Source: a virus | UHGV virus genome: UHGV-0248400 | Reading direction: 5' to 3' (one strand) | Length of the DNA stretch: 59,635 nucleotides | Part shown: positions 8,085 through 16,295 of the stretch, one piece after another | How positions within the stretch are numbered: the stretch's first letter is position 1 | How the letters are laid out: each line of letters opens with the position of its first letter | Translations under genes and position numbers: made by a program | Notes under the pieces: model-generated | Database searches by the model: none | Told to the model about the DNA's origin: nothing | Seen by the model: the letters and a program-made list of their open reading frames with translations, nothing else

Positions 8085-8843
8085 ATGTCCAACATCCATT
8101 CACTGCGCAAGTTGTCAGAAGCAGACAAAGAAAACGTAAAACGCGCTAACTCCTTCATGATCGACCCGCGCATTATCCAGATCGAGCCGGGCTTTAACCC
8201 TCGTGGTATGTTCACGGAAAACTACTGGGAACAACCGGACACTCTGGCGCATATCGAACAGTTCGTTAAAGCATACCGCAACGGTGATTTCGTCCCGCCG
8301 ATCGCCGTTAAAGTTATCAATGGTGTACCTTATGTGCGCGACGGTGAGCACCGCTTACGGGCGCTGTGTAAACTGATCGCTGAAGGCGTACCGTTCCAGC
8401 GTGTTGAAGTCGTTGAAGCGTCTGGTGACGAACTGGCGCAGGCTAAAACCAACTATAACGCTAACAATGGTCGCCCGTGGTCAGCCGTCGAACGTGCGGT
8501 TCATTACGGTCGTTTTAAATCCTACGGTATGACCGTTGAAGAAATCGCCCACGAGGTCGGTAAAACCGTACAGCACGTTTACCAGTTGCTGACTATCCTT
8601 GAAATGCCGCTGGAACTCAAACGCCGGATCCAGGAAGGGTCGATCAGTGCATCAGCCGCTATCAACCTGTTTAAAAACCCGGACGTTGCTACCGTAAAAC
8701 GTCCCCCGGCTAAACTGATTCGTTCGGCTGTTGACGCCATCCGTGGTGAATGGTCGGTCACGCGGCAGGAAGGCGGTAAAGTCCTGGTTGAACTGACCGC
8801 TGAACAGTATGAAGCACTGAAGGCGCTGAAAGATCATGAATAA
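8085..8843 (+). CDS. ParB/sulfiredoxin-like nuclease domain protein
   Basis: ParB N-terminal domain signature ...VRDGEHRLRA... with a C-terminal helical part. GAGG SD. Confidence 0.6.
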   Translation: MSNIHSLRKLSEADKENVKRANSFMIDPRIIQIEPGFNPRGMFTENYWEQPDTLAHIEQFVKAYRNGDFVPPIAVKVINGVPYVRDGEHRLRALCKLIAEGVPFQRVEVVEASGDELAQAKTNYNANNGRPWSAVERAVHYGRFKSYGMTVEEIAHEVGKTVQHVYQLLTILEMPLELKRRIQEGSISASAAINLFKNPDVATVKRPPAKLIRSAVDAIRGEWSVTRQEGGKVLVELTAEQYEALKALKDHE

Positions 8844-8948
8844 ATTCCCAGTAGGATTCAGAACGGCAGAGGAACGCCGTTCATTTTTCAAAACGATTAT
8901 TGGCGCGTTTTTATTTGGCGGGCTGATACTTCTGTTGAGGGCGGTGTT

Positions 8949-9317
8949 ATGACCAGAGAAGAACTGCTGAACATCATTGAAACCGATCACGTTCAGTGTG
9001 GCGAGGCTGCTGCACTGGCCCGCATGGCGCTGGCATTTTATGAGTGGCATGATAAAACAGCGTGGATGCAAACGGATAAGCGTTTTGATGTCCTGACACC
9101 GTGGGGTAAGCATCGTGCGGATGTTCTGAAAGAATATATTGAACATCTGGAAAACCGCACCGTGAGTTTGCCGAAATTAAAAATGCTCGAAGATTATCTT
9201 GCAGAAGTAGCTACCGAAGAGAAAAAGCAAATTTTGATTGGTGTGAAACTTGAGTTTCATCGCGCACTGTCTGACGCTGGTATTAAAGTGGAGATTAGCG
9301 ACCATGTTAGAAAATAA
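8949..9317 (+). CDS. hypothetical protein (122 aa)
   Basis: GAGGG SD. Confidence 0.5.
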   Translation: MTREELLNIIETDHVQCGEAAALARMALAFYEWHDKTAWMQTDKRFDVLTPWGKHRADVLKEYIEHLENRTVSLPKLKMLEDYLAEVATEEKKQILIGVKLEFHRALSDAGIKVEISDHVRK

Positions 9318-9462
9318 CCCCAACTACGGCACAATCCAGTGTAAGTCTAAATTTATACGGCTTACAGCAGATGAAGAAAAAGCCTGCAAAGGTCGCAATA
9401 GTTTCCCCAGTGTTAATGAAAACAAGTGGGTTAGCAAATTTATTAAGGATGGTAAGAAATGA
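9304..9462 (+). CDS. small protein (52 aa)
   Basis: ATG 9304 overlaps the upstream gene. The track ORF is longer via an upstream alternative start. Confidence 0.3.
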   Translation: MLENNPNYGTIQCKSKFIRLTADEEKACKGRNSFPSVNENKWVSKFIKDGKK

Positions 9463-9683
9463 CCGCTCGTTTCCTTAACTCAACTGCAGCCCGTGATATT
9501 AAACCCGGTGATAAAATCGAATGTTTCGGTGAATGGTACTGGGTGCGTTATATCAATTATCACGGGTCGTCGCTTACTTTACGCCTGCAGCCAGAAGATG
9601 AACAGCTATCACCATTTCGTGAACATGATCGCGTTGTTGTGACGGTGCCGGGCGATTTGATGATTGATGTGGAGGCACGCTAA
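9459..9683 (+). CDS. hypothetical protein (74 aa)
   Basis: AAGGATGG SD and ATGA overlap. Confidence 0.5.
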   Translation: MTARFLNSTAARDIKPGDKIECFGEWYWVRYINYHGSSLTLRLQPEDEQLSPFREHDRVVVTVPGDLMIDVEAR

Positions 9684-9895
9684 TGAAACTGACATACGAT
9701 CAACGGCAAGCCTTGATCGGTAAATCATTTGTATCAAACATGAATCACCCCGTTGAATCCAGCGTTACCGTACACGATGTTGAACGTTGTGGGGGTGGAT
9801 ACACTGTCAAATTCACCAGACACGATCAGTGGGGAGGACTTATTTATTGTGGTTTACAACGGTTCCTGAAACGTTTCCCACATGAGGTACGCTGA
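9683..9895 (+). CDS. hypothetical protein (70 aa)
   Basis: GGAGG SD. Starts MKLT via the repeated junction GAGGYACGCTRATGAAACTGACA. Confidence 0.5.
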   Translation: MKLTYDQRQALIGKSFVSNMNHPVESSVTVHDVERCGGGYTVKFTRHDQWGGLIYCGLQRFLKRFPHEVR

Positions 9896-10113
9896 TGAAA
9901 CTGACAGTTGCGCAAAAATTCTGGTTAAATGAATTATGGAAAGCGTATACGTTTAACCCTAGCAAAGTATTATCTGTTGTTTATGATAAACCACCTGCTA
10001 CCGTAATGAAGGCGCTGGAAAGAAAAGGTTTGTGTCTGAACATAATGGACACTTTCTGGAAAATCACAAATGAAGGTCGTGAACAATTTAATCAAATATT
10101 GAAAGAGGAATAA
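9895..10113 (+). CDS. hypothetical protein (72 aa)
   Basis: Same junction repeat as 9683, giving an identical MKLT start. Confidence 0.5.
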   Translation: MKLTVAQKFWLNELWKAYTFNPSKVLSVVYDKPPATVMKALERKGLCLNIMDTFWKITNEGREQFNQILKEE

Positions 10114-10118
10114 CGCTG

Positions 10119-10370
10119 ATGACTGTATTTGAAATGGAAGGTTTCCTTCGTGGTAAATGCGTGCCGGGTGATTTGAAAGTTAATGAGTCAAACGCTGAAT
10201 ACCTAGTACGTAAATTATCACGGGTGGATCAACAACTCGAATCACTTGATAAACTGGCTGGTCTGTTCCTGCAACTGTCAACCGAACGTGGTGGGCGTGT
10301 GGCAACAGCTTACGCTGAATGTGCCGATCTACTGGCTAAAACCGTTAGTGAGATAAGGAAAAACAAATGA
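10119..10370 (+). CDS. hypothetical protein (83 aa)
   Basis: SD-like GGAATAACGCTG upstream. Confidence 0.45.
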   Translation: MTVFEMEGFLRGKCVPGDLKVNESNAEYLVRKLSRVDQQLESLDKLAGLFLQLSTERGGRVATAYAECADLLAKTVSEIRKNK

Positions 10371-10537
10371 ACGAAATCGAAAAACTGGTCAAACGTTTAC
10401 GGGCAGCAGGTCACAAACTGACCGTTGAAAATAACTGGATTGTTGTTAATCCACCCTGTGCGCTGGCTGATACACTTTTGATTCAGAAACTGAATAAGGG
10501 TGAAAAACTGGCTAAATATATTAAGGAACATCCGTGA
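10367..10537 (+). CDS. small protein (56 aa)
   Basis: ATGA overlap at both ends (MNEIEKLVKRL...). Confidence 0.4.
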   Translation: MNEIEKLVKRLRAAGHKLTVENNWIVVNPPCALADTLLIQKLNKGEKLAKYIKEHP

Positions 10538-10941
10538 TGAAAGCAGACGCATATCAGTTCAAAAGCCAGTGTGGTACATGGTTAGATCTTCGTGAAGATA
10601 TGATTGAACGAGCAAAAGCCGATGGTTATGAAGTTCGTTCTTTATATGCCATTGTTGATCCAGATCCTGAAGATTATTTTGCCGGACTGGTACTTGCTGC
10701 GCGCATCCGTGCTGAAAAAGCAATGTTGAAATTTCCGCAACCTAATTATGTTCTTGCAAAACTTGGAGAAGAACATGGTGAAGTGGTTAAAGAATTTATT
10801 CATTATGCTGAAGGGCGAGGTGACTGGTCAAAACTTGAAAATGAACTCATCGATAATCTGGCAATGATGATCCGACTGGTTAAAGAAGGTGACCAGACTA
10901 TTAACTTTATACCACCAGAGGGCATCCGTGATGAAAATTAA
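10537..10941 (+). CDS. MazG-like nucleoside triphosphate pyrophosphohydrolase
   Basis: LAKLGEEHGEVVKEF resembles the EExxE MazG motif, with a downstream ELIDNLAMMIRL helix. Confidence 0.5.
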   Translation: MKADAYQFKSQCGTWLDLREDMIERAKADGYEVRSLYAIVDPDPEDYFAGLVLAARIRAEKAMLKFPQPNYVLAKLGEEHGEVVKEFIHYAEGRGDWSKLENELIDNLAMMIRLVKEGDQTINFIPPEGIRDEN

Positions 10942-11161
10942 AAATATGGCTGCGTCTGGCCTGTCAGGGCGTATCTTTTACGGTACGATGGAAACCAGTA
11001 ATGGTGGTCAGTCCGGGCGCTGGTTAGCCGGGAAGCAGGACGTTACTGATATGGCGATCAAAGCCGTTGCTGAACACTGCTATCAGACGGGTAACAGTTA
11101 CAGCTATCAACTCGTTACCGGGGAGACTATCACCCTGTCAGTTGAGGTGAGCAAACCATGA
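10931..11161 (+). CDS. hypothetical protein (76 aa)
   Basis: ATG 10931 with AGAGGG SD. The track ORF begins at an upstream alternative codon. Confidence 0.4.
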   Translation: MKIKNMAASGLSGRIFYGTMETSNGGQSGRWLAGKQDVTDMAIKAVAEHCYQTGNSYSYQLVTGETITLSVEVSKP

Positions 11162-11370
11162 AAATAAAATTCGAACACTCTGTTGCACATTTTGCTAAAG
11201 GTATGCACCCGTCACATGGGCCGCAAAACTGGCCGTGGTGGCGCTGGGTTTCTTTCAGTCTGGTTCCGATCGATGTTGTCAGACCATCTTACGGCTTGCG
11301 CCTCTGGTTCTACACTCGCTGGGGTGCTGGTTATGTTGGTATTTACTTAGACAGGCGTACTAAACCATGA
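11158..11370 (+). CDS. hypothetical protein (70 aa)
   Basis: ATGA overlap. Confidence 0.45.
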   Translation: MKIKFEHSVAHFAKGMHPSHGPQNWPWWRWVSFSLVPIDVVRPSYGLRLWFYTRWGAGYVGIYLDRRTKP

Positions 11371-11534
11371 AACGATTACTTCTGATCTCTCTGCTGGCAA
11401 CCGCTACGGGTTCGGCAAGTCGAAAGATGGTAAACGGATGTTCGTAAAAGACAACGGCAACTACACCGCTAAAGAAACGCTGATCACCTTATCTGCAACA
11501 AACTGTCATCCCTTCTGAACTGGTGGCGGGGCGC

Positions 11535-12470
11535 TCAACCCCGCTGCATATCCGTGTAAAACTGCATAATCACATCGTCCGGGAATGCGTTAAAATCACA
11601 CTGCGGGTTCATCATCATGGCGAACGGTCGAACGTATTCGCGGATCTCTGGCGTTACAGTAGCCTGTGTGGTCATCGCGTTAAACAGCGTGCCTGTTCCT
11701 TCATAACGCTCTGTCAGCGTCACCATTACATCAAGCACATCAGAAGGCCATTCCCGACCGATATGATTGTGTAACCAGTTTTCCGTAATGTTGTACCCGG
11801 TGGTGTTCCGGCGCAGAGTGTACAGCGCGTTATTGAAGTTGCCGCACAGCGTTTCAAACCGTTTCCAGACGTCGAAGCCATAGCGGATCACTACATCCTT
11901 TTGACTCATCACCCGTGGTGTTGCGTCCGGTTCTGCCTGTGGTAAACCGTCGCGGATCACGCCGTCCATATAGTTCAGAACATCAGGATACCAGCCGCTG
12001 TCGATCCGGTTCAGTACCCATGACTCAGTGACCCGGCGATTCAGTCCGGCGTTACGCAGTACGTCAACCGCCTTAAATGTCCCGCCACACTGATCCCTGA
12101 ACCGTTCCCAGACATCATAGCCGTAGATCACCTGTTCAACTTCCTTATCCACCATCCGCAACTGCTGAAAATAATTATCGCTAAACCGACGATGAGGCAG
12201 CGCAGCACGCAGGGTATCAACGCTGACGCTTTTGTTCAGTACATGCGGCTGCGCTGGCGGTTGCGTGGCGATGACCACGGGGTTCAGATCCAGTTCCCCG
12301 CCCGTTACCGTACTGAGGATTAGATTTAACGTTTCTGCCCGTGGTAGCCGTTTTCCTGTCATCCATTCAGTAAAACGACCCTTGTTTACGTTGCAACCCA
12401 TCATGTTCAGATAATTTACAGCGTTGTCTGCTGAACCAAAGTGACGAGCAAACTTATCGAATAAATTCAT
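11535..12470 (-). CDS. putative DNA-binding regulator with N-terminal HTH-like region and tandem-duplicated C-terminal domains
   Basis: 311 aa with an AAGGTG SD. Internal repeats (VIYGYDVWERFRDQCG... and VIRYGFDVWKRFETLCG...). Isolated minus-strand gene next to iteron region I. Its RBS lies inside an inverted iteron copy. Confidence 0.5.
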   Translation of the reverse strand: MNLFDKFARHFGSADNAVNYLNMMGCNVNKGRFTEWMTGKRLPRAETLNLILSTVTGGELDLNPVVIATQPPAQPHVLNKSVSVDTLRAALPHRRFSDNYFQQLRMVDKEVEQVIYGYDVWERFRDQCGGTFKAVDVLRNAGLNRRVTESWVLNRIDSGWYPDVLNYMDGVIRDGLPQAEPDATPRVMSQKDVVIRYGFDVWKRFETLCGNFNNALYTLRRNTTGYNITENWLHNHIGREWPSDVLDVMVTLTERYEGTGTLFNAMTTQATVTPEIREYVRPFAMMMNPQCDFNAFPDDVIMQFYTDMQRG

Positions 12471-12474
12471 TGTT

Positions 12475-12935
12475 GTTACACCTTACCAGATGTGATTAGG
12501 TCAAGTTTACGCCTTATATGAAACAAGTACAACTCTTATATGCAACAGGATCAAAGTTGGCCTTGTTACAACTGGTAGGATGAAAGAGAAACCTTGTTAC
12601 ATCTGGTAAGCTGAAACATAGATTGCTAAAGTTCTATGTAAACCATCCAAGCACATCTGGTAAGCTGAAACTAAAAATCCTTATATATTAGTTATTTATC
12701 TTTTTATAGTATAGATAGTATAGATAGTATAGATATATAAGAAATTATAAAGTAGGTATAGTTAGGCTAGTTAAATTGGTAAGCTGAAACAAGGTAAACT
12801 AGGAGGGATTAAAAAGTTATAGGAAAATACCATACTATCTATGATTTTCAATGTTATCAACAACTTAAAGTATGTTGTAGACAATCCGTGATAAATTGTG
12901 CAAAATTAACCAAAATGGTAAGAGGAAACTAGCTT
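12475..12935. repeat. AT-rich iteron region I (ATCTGGTAAGCTGAAAC x3-4, TTGTTACA half-sites, (AGTATAGAT)x3)
   Basis: No ORF across ~460 bp. Direct and inverted repeats are seen directly. Homologous to 30515-30790. Confidence 0.6.
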
Positions 12936-13571
12936 ATGAAAATTTCAGATCGTGCGAAACGTGCCAGTCTGGAATTAAGTCCTGAACAGCTCAACTTCGC
13001 CAACCTGTGGCTAGATCGCGCAAATAACGGCCTGAGCAACGCCCAGTGCGTTTTAAGGTCTTATCCGGGTCATAACACTGAGGCGGCTGCAGCGACGACC
13101 GCACACCGTCTGCTGTCGAATACGAAGGTATTGAACTATCTCGATGCAATGGGAAGCCATGCGCTGGAATCTGTCGGTGAATCGTTATCGTCTCGTGTCG
13201 AATGGTGGAAGCGTGCGGCAAGTACCGCTGAAGAATTACTGGAGCCGTTTTGCAAACGTGTAGTGATCCCTGGTACGGACGATGACGAATGCAAACATCT
13301 GTGGGTGAACAGCACTGACGATATCCCGAACCACCTGCAGCAATACGTGGTGCGTTACAAACGTTATCTGTTGGGCGGGTACACGCTGGAAACGCGTGAA
13401 CTGTTCGATCCCAAGACGCGGGCGAAAGCATCGGAGAACCTGGATAAAATCACCGGGAACAGCGTTGAGCGTGTGGAACTGTCAGGGGCGGTTGGTAATC
13501 TGGTCCAGACGGTGCCAGACGGTGCCAGCATTGAAGATATTGCACAGTTGTATCAGAAGGCGTTGAAATAA
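12936..13571 (+). CDS. terminase small subunit (Terminase_2/P27-like)
   Basis: LSPEQLNFANLW...NG.SNAQ...Y...AA.ATAHRLLSNTKVLNYL matches the N-terminal HTH pattern of P27-type TerS. AAGAGG SD. Confidence 0.55.
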   Translation: MKISDRAKRASLELSPEQLNFANLWLDRANNGLSNAQCVLRSYPGHNTEAAAATTAHRLLSNTKVLNYLDAMGSHALESVGESLSSRVEWWKRAASTAEELLEPFCKRVVIPGTDDDECKHLWVNSTDDIPNHLQQYVVRYKRYLLGGYTLETRELFDPKTRAKASENLDKITGNSVERVELSGAVGNLVQTVPDGASIEDIAQLYQKALK

Positions 13572-13634
13572 CGCCTGCAACCGTTTGCGTTTTGACTATC
13601 TAAGGGCGGGTAGTGCTATGGTACATGGTGGCGT

Positions 13635-13660
13635 AAAAAAGCCCCTTACGGGGCGTTTTA
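13635..13660. terminator. bidirectional rho-independent terminator (AAAAAAGCCCCTTACGGGGCGTTTTA)
   Basis: GC stem flanked by an A-run and a T-run, placed between convergent genes. Confidence 0.6.
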
Positions 13661-13827
13661 TTCAGCAGCCCATTTACGAGCATTTTGACGATTGATCAAA
13701 GCACATTCGATCATTGTGCGTCTGGAACAATTTAAACCTTTAGCTTTCGCTTGTTTTGCACGGTTACGGTAATGCTTAACTTCTTCACGACATTCTTTAG
13801 CAAATATTTCTGTTAAAATGCTCATTT
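13658..13827 (-). CDS. small basic protein (55 aa)
   Basis: GAGGA SD. Lies downstream of the minus-oriented promoter at 13858-13900. Below the track size cutoff. Confidence 0.4.
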
Positions 13828-13857
13828 CTTGTTCCTCACAATTCGTTGTCTATGTGA

Positions 13858-13900
13858 GTAATTTACACTTCCTTGTGTAATCCGTCAAGAATTATTTTAA
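13858..13900 (-). promoter_or_regulatory. conserved promoter copy (-35 TTGACG, 17 bp, -10 TAAATT)
   Basis: Reverse complement of GTGTAATCCGTCAAGAATTATTTTAAA. Confidence 0.5.
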
Positions 13901-14044
13901 ATATTCGTCATCACCAGTAACCCAGAAACGATCGCCAACATCAGGTGACGATTCCCAGGGCATCTTTTCAGTTACTTCCAGTTCCACATCGCCCCGCGTG
14001 TTTTCAGCGATAATCTTCACGGGTACGCCGTCATAGGTTTTCAT
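13892..14044 (-). CDS. small protein (~50 aa)
   Basis: ATGA overlap with the rdgC stop. Its 3' end overlaps the promoter UP element. Confidence 0.3.
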   Translation of the reverse strand: MKTYDGVPVKIIAENTRGDVELEVTEKMPWESSPDVGDRFWVTGDDEYLK

Positions 14045-14958
14045 CGTTGAGCCTCCCCGCCCAGAGCGGTTACAAGCTGTTTGATCAGCGCTGAAAGTTC
14101 ACCTGTCATCAGTGTAAAATCAGCGTCGAACCGCGCTAACACATCTTCACGATCGATATCGTCGTTCTGGTCGATCAGTTCGTCGCAGAATTTCAGGCGC
14201 GTTAAAATCGCGTCATCAGTCAGCGTGAACATAACCCGCTGTTGCCAGTCCAGCGCCAGTTTAGTAATGAATTTCCCGGCTTCGATGTGCGTTTTAATTT
14301 CATCGCTTACCAGATCCTGTTTCTTAACGCGGGCAATACCACCATCAGCCAGGATCGCTTTCAGTTCTGCCGCGTCACCGATCGCGAAATAATCACCGGG
14401 GACTTTACCGAGCTTGACCCATTCAGTCATCGTCAGTTCAACAGGGTTTTCAATGGTCAGCGGGATAACCGGGAGGCTACCCAGACTTTTACGCAGCAGC
14501 GCCAGTGCATCTTCAGCTTTGCGAGCGCTGGACGTATCGACAACAATCAGACCGCTCATAACATCGATCCACAACTGCGTGCGACTGTCTTTGGTGAATG
14601 CTCGTGGTAACAGAGACTGCAACACTTCATCTTTCAGGCTGTCTTTCTCTGTTTTCTTCAGCTTGCGACCCTGTTCATTTTCCAGTTTCGCAATGCGCGC
14701 GTTCAGTTCCTGTTTGATAACCGGACCGGGCAGGATTTTTTCCTGACGTTGCACGGTTAACAGATACTGACCGTTTGCCTGATGTGCCAGGGTCTGGCTG
14801 AAAGCAGTCGCCGGAACCCATCCGGTGCGTGCCGTATCCTGGGAACCGCACGGCGTAAACTGGAACGGCAGCAACTGTTGTTCAATGGTTGCCAGTTGTG
14901 CCATCAGCGACATAGGATTGCTGATACGGTAGATAATTGCGTTTTTGAAGAAGTTCAT
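14041..14958 (-). CDS. rdgC: recombination-associated protein RdgC homolog
   Basis: 305 aa. It aligns along its whole length with E. coli RdgC (FKN..YR...[12 protein letters not shown]...KILP..VIKQ...[23 protein letters not shown]...LLPRAF...LGGEAQR). Confidence 0.8.
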   Translation of the reverse strand: MNFFKNAIIYRISNPMSLMAQLATIEQQLLPFQFTPCGSQDTARTGWVPATAFSQTLAHQANGQYLLTVQRQEKILPGPVIKQELNARIAKLENEQGRKLKKTEKDSLKDEVLQSLLPRAFTKDSRTQLWIDVMSGLIVVDTSSARKAEDALALLRKSLGSLPVIPLTIENPVELTMTEWVKLGKVPGDYFAIGDAAELKAILADGGIARVKKQDLVSDEIKTHIEAGKFITKLALDWQQRVMFTLTDDAILTRLKFCDELIDQNDDIDREDVLARFDADFTLMTGELSALIKQLVTALGGEAQR

Positions 14959-14960
14959 AA

Positions 14961-15299
14961 TTAGTCGATATCCTGTGGGTTAATTTTAATGGTTGTTTCG
15001 ATTTTCGGTGTACTACCAGCCGTTGATAATGTTTGATATTCGATTACGTCAACTTCAATAAACATACCGTTAGTAACAGCATCGTTTATTGCTACGTTCA
15101 GTTCATCTGTCAGACGCTTAATTTCACGCTGGCGTGCCAGTGCTTCTGATAATTTCACTTCAATACCCTCTTTAATAACCGGTACAATTCCGCAGCGGCA
15201 GTTGATCATCCGTTCACGACCGTTATCATCAACTGCTGCAGGGATGTAAGTTACGCCCGGTTCAAGTTCAACCGTGGGCGACCAGTCGAAACGGTTCAT
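14961..15299 (-). CDS. hypothetical protein (112 aa)
   Basis: Compact operon spacing. Confidence 0.5.
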   Translation of the reverse strand: MNRFDWSPTVELEPGVTYIPAAVDDNGRERMINCRCGIVPVIKEGIEVKLSEALARQREIKRLTDELNVAINDAVTNGMFIEVDVIEYQTLSTAGSTPKIETTIKINPQDID

Positions 15300-15502
15300 T
15301 CACAACGCTCCCATGAATGTTGACCAGTACGCGCCGCAAGCCAGCCTGACCACTTATTTTTAATATCAATATCGTCATAATCCATTAGTCCGTTTTCATC
15401 ACGGACACCGTCTAATGATTTCCATCCCAGACAGGTATCACGCGTGATCCACTCTTCGAAATTACGCTGTTCACGAATTCTAATTTCTAACGAACGGGTC
15501 AT
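15296..15502 (-). CDS. hypothetical protein (68 aa)
   Basis: Overlapping start-stop. Confidence 0.45.
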   Translation of the reverse strand: MTRSLEIRIREQRNFEEWITRDTCLGWKSLDGVRDENGLMDYDDIDIKNKWSGWLAARTGQHSWERCE

Positions 15503-15723
15503 TTCCGGTTCCTTCTTTTCCGTGCATCGCGCCGGGACTGTGCAACACCAGTTTTACGGCGCGGCTGTTTGGTCGGTAACTGTTGGGTAACCTGTGGTAG
15601 TTGTAATCCAGTGGTTACCGTTTCGAAATCACCGATCGTGAGTTTACCCAGACTTTTAATCTGTTCGCGGAACTGTTTCAACGTTTCACAGAAAGGGTAC
15701 AAACCTACAATGATATTTTTCAT
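15499..15723 (-). CDS. hypothetical protein with basic C-terminus (74 aa)
   Basis: Overlapping start-stop. Confidence 0.45.
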   Translation of the reverse strand: MKNIIVGLYPFCETLKQFREQIKSLGKLTIGDFETVTTGLQLPQVTQQLPTKQPRRKTGVAQSRRDARKRRNRK

Positions 15724-15992
15724 ACGTTCAGCACCGCGAAATCAGGCGACAGGCTGCGGTGATCGTGCTGCCCGGACCAGGTGAAAGAAAAGGTGTAATC
15801 GCACTGTTCGCCGTTGAACAGGAAGGGGATTTGAAACCCCGTATCGTCGGTGATGCGAACTTTTACGGGGTATTCAGCTTGTGGGTCGATGGCGACAATC
15901 TGGCCGAAAGGTTTTGTTTTCCGACGTGCAAGAACGTCGATGAGTTGTGGATTGGTGATTTCCACCTGTTGACCAACATGATAGATAGACAT
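15720..15992 (-). CDS. hypothetical protein (~90 aa)
   Basis: ATG ~15990 with GGAG SD. The longer track ORF starts at TTG inside the promoter -35 box and is rejected. Confidence 0.45.
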   Translation of the reverse strand: MSIYHVGQQVEITNPQLIDVLARRKTKPFGQIVAIDPQAEYPVKVRITDDTGFQIPFLFNGEQCDYTFSFTWSGQHDHRSLSPDFAVLNV

Positions 15993-16024
15993 TCTGTTGA
16001 CTCCGGGTTGTTTGTACACAACCA

Positions 16025-16068
16025 AAAGTCTATTTGATAATTCGTAATCCGTCAAGAATTATTTTAAA
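16025..16068 (-). promoter_or_regulatory. conserved promoter copy (-35 TTGACG, 17 bp, -10 TAGACT)
   Basis: Reverse complement of CGTAATCCGTCAAGAATTATTTTAAACC. Confidence 0.5.
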
Positions 16069-16236
16069 CCGTGCATCACTATCTATCGCGTAACAGATAC
16101 CGTTGCTGTAAACGGTTGTAGTCTGGGTAATCCGTTGATAATCGTGACACTGACCGCGAACACGCAGATCATATGCTGACTGTACGACGAACCATGCAAC
16201 CATTATTGCTAACAATTTCAAAACAAATCTAAGCAT
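16030..16236 (-). CDS. small protein with N-terminal hydrophobic segment (68 aa)
   Basis: ATG. Its 3' end reads through the promoter motif, so the C-terminal extent is uncertain. Confidence 0.35.
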   Translation of the reverse strand: MLRFVLKLLAIMVAWFVVQSAYDLRVRGQCHDYQRITQTTTVYSNGICYAIDSDARFKIILDGLRIIK

Positions 16237-16295
16237 TTCCGCACCCTCCTGTGTTTACCCCAGAGTAGTGCGGATTTCCGGGGAGGCTATGGGGG

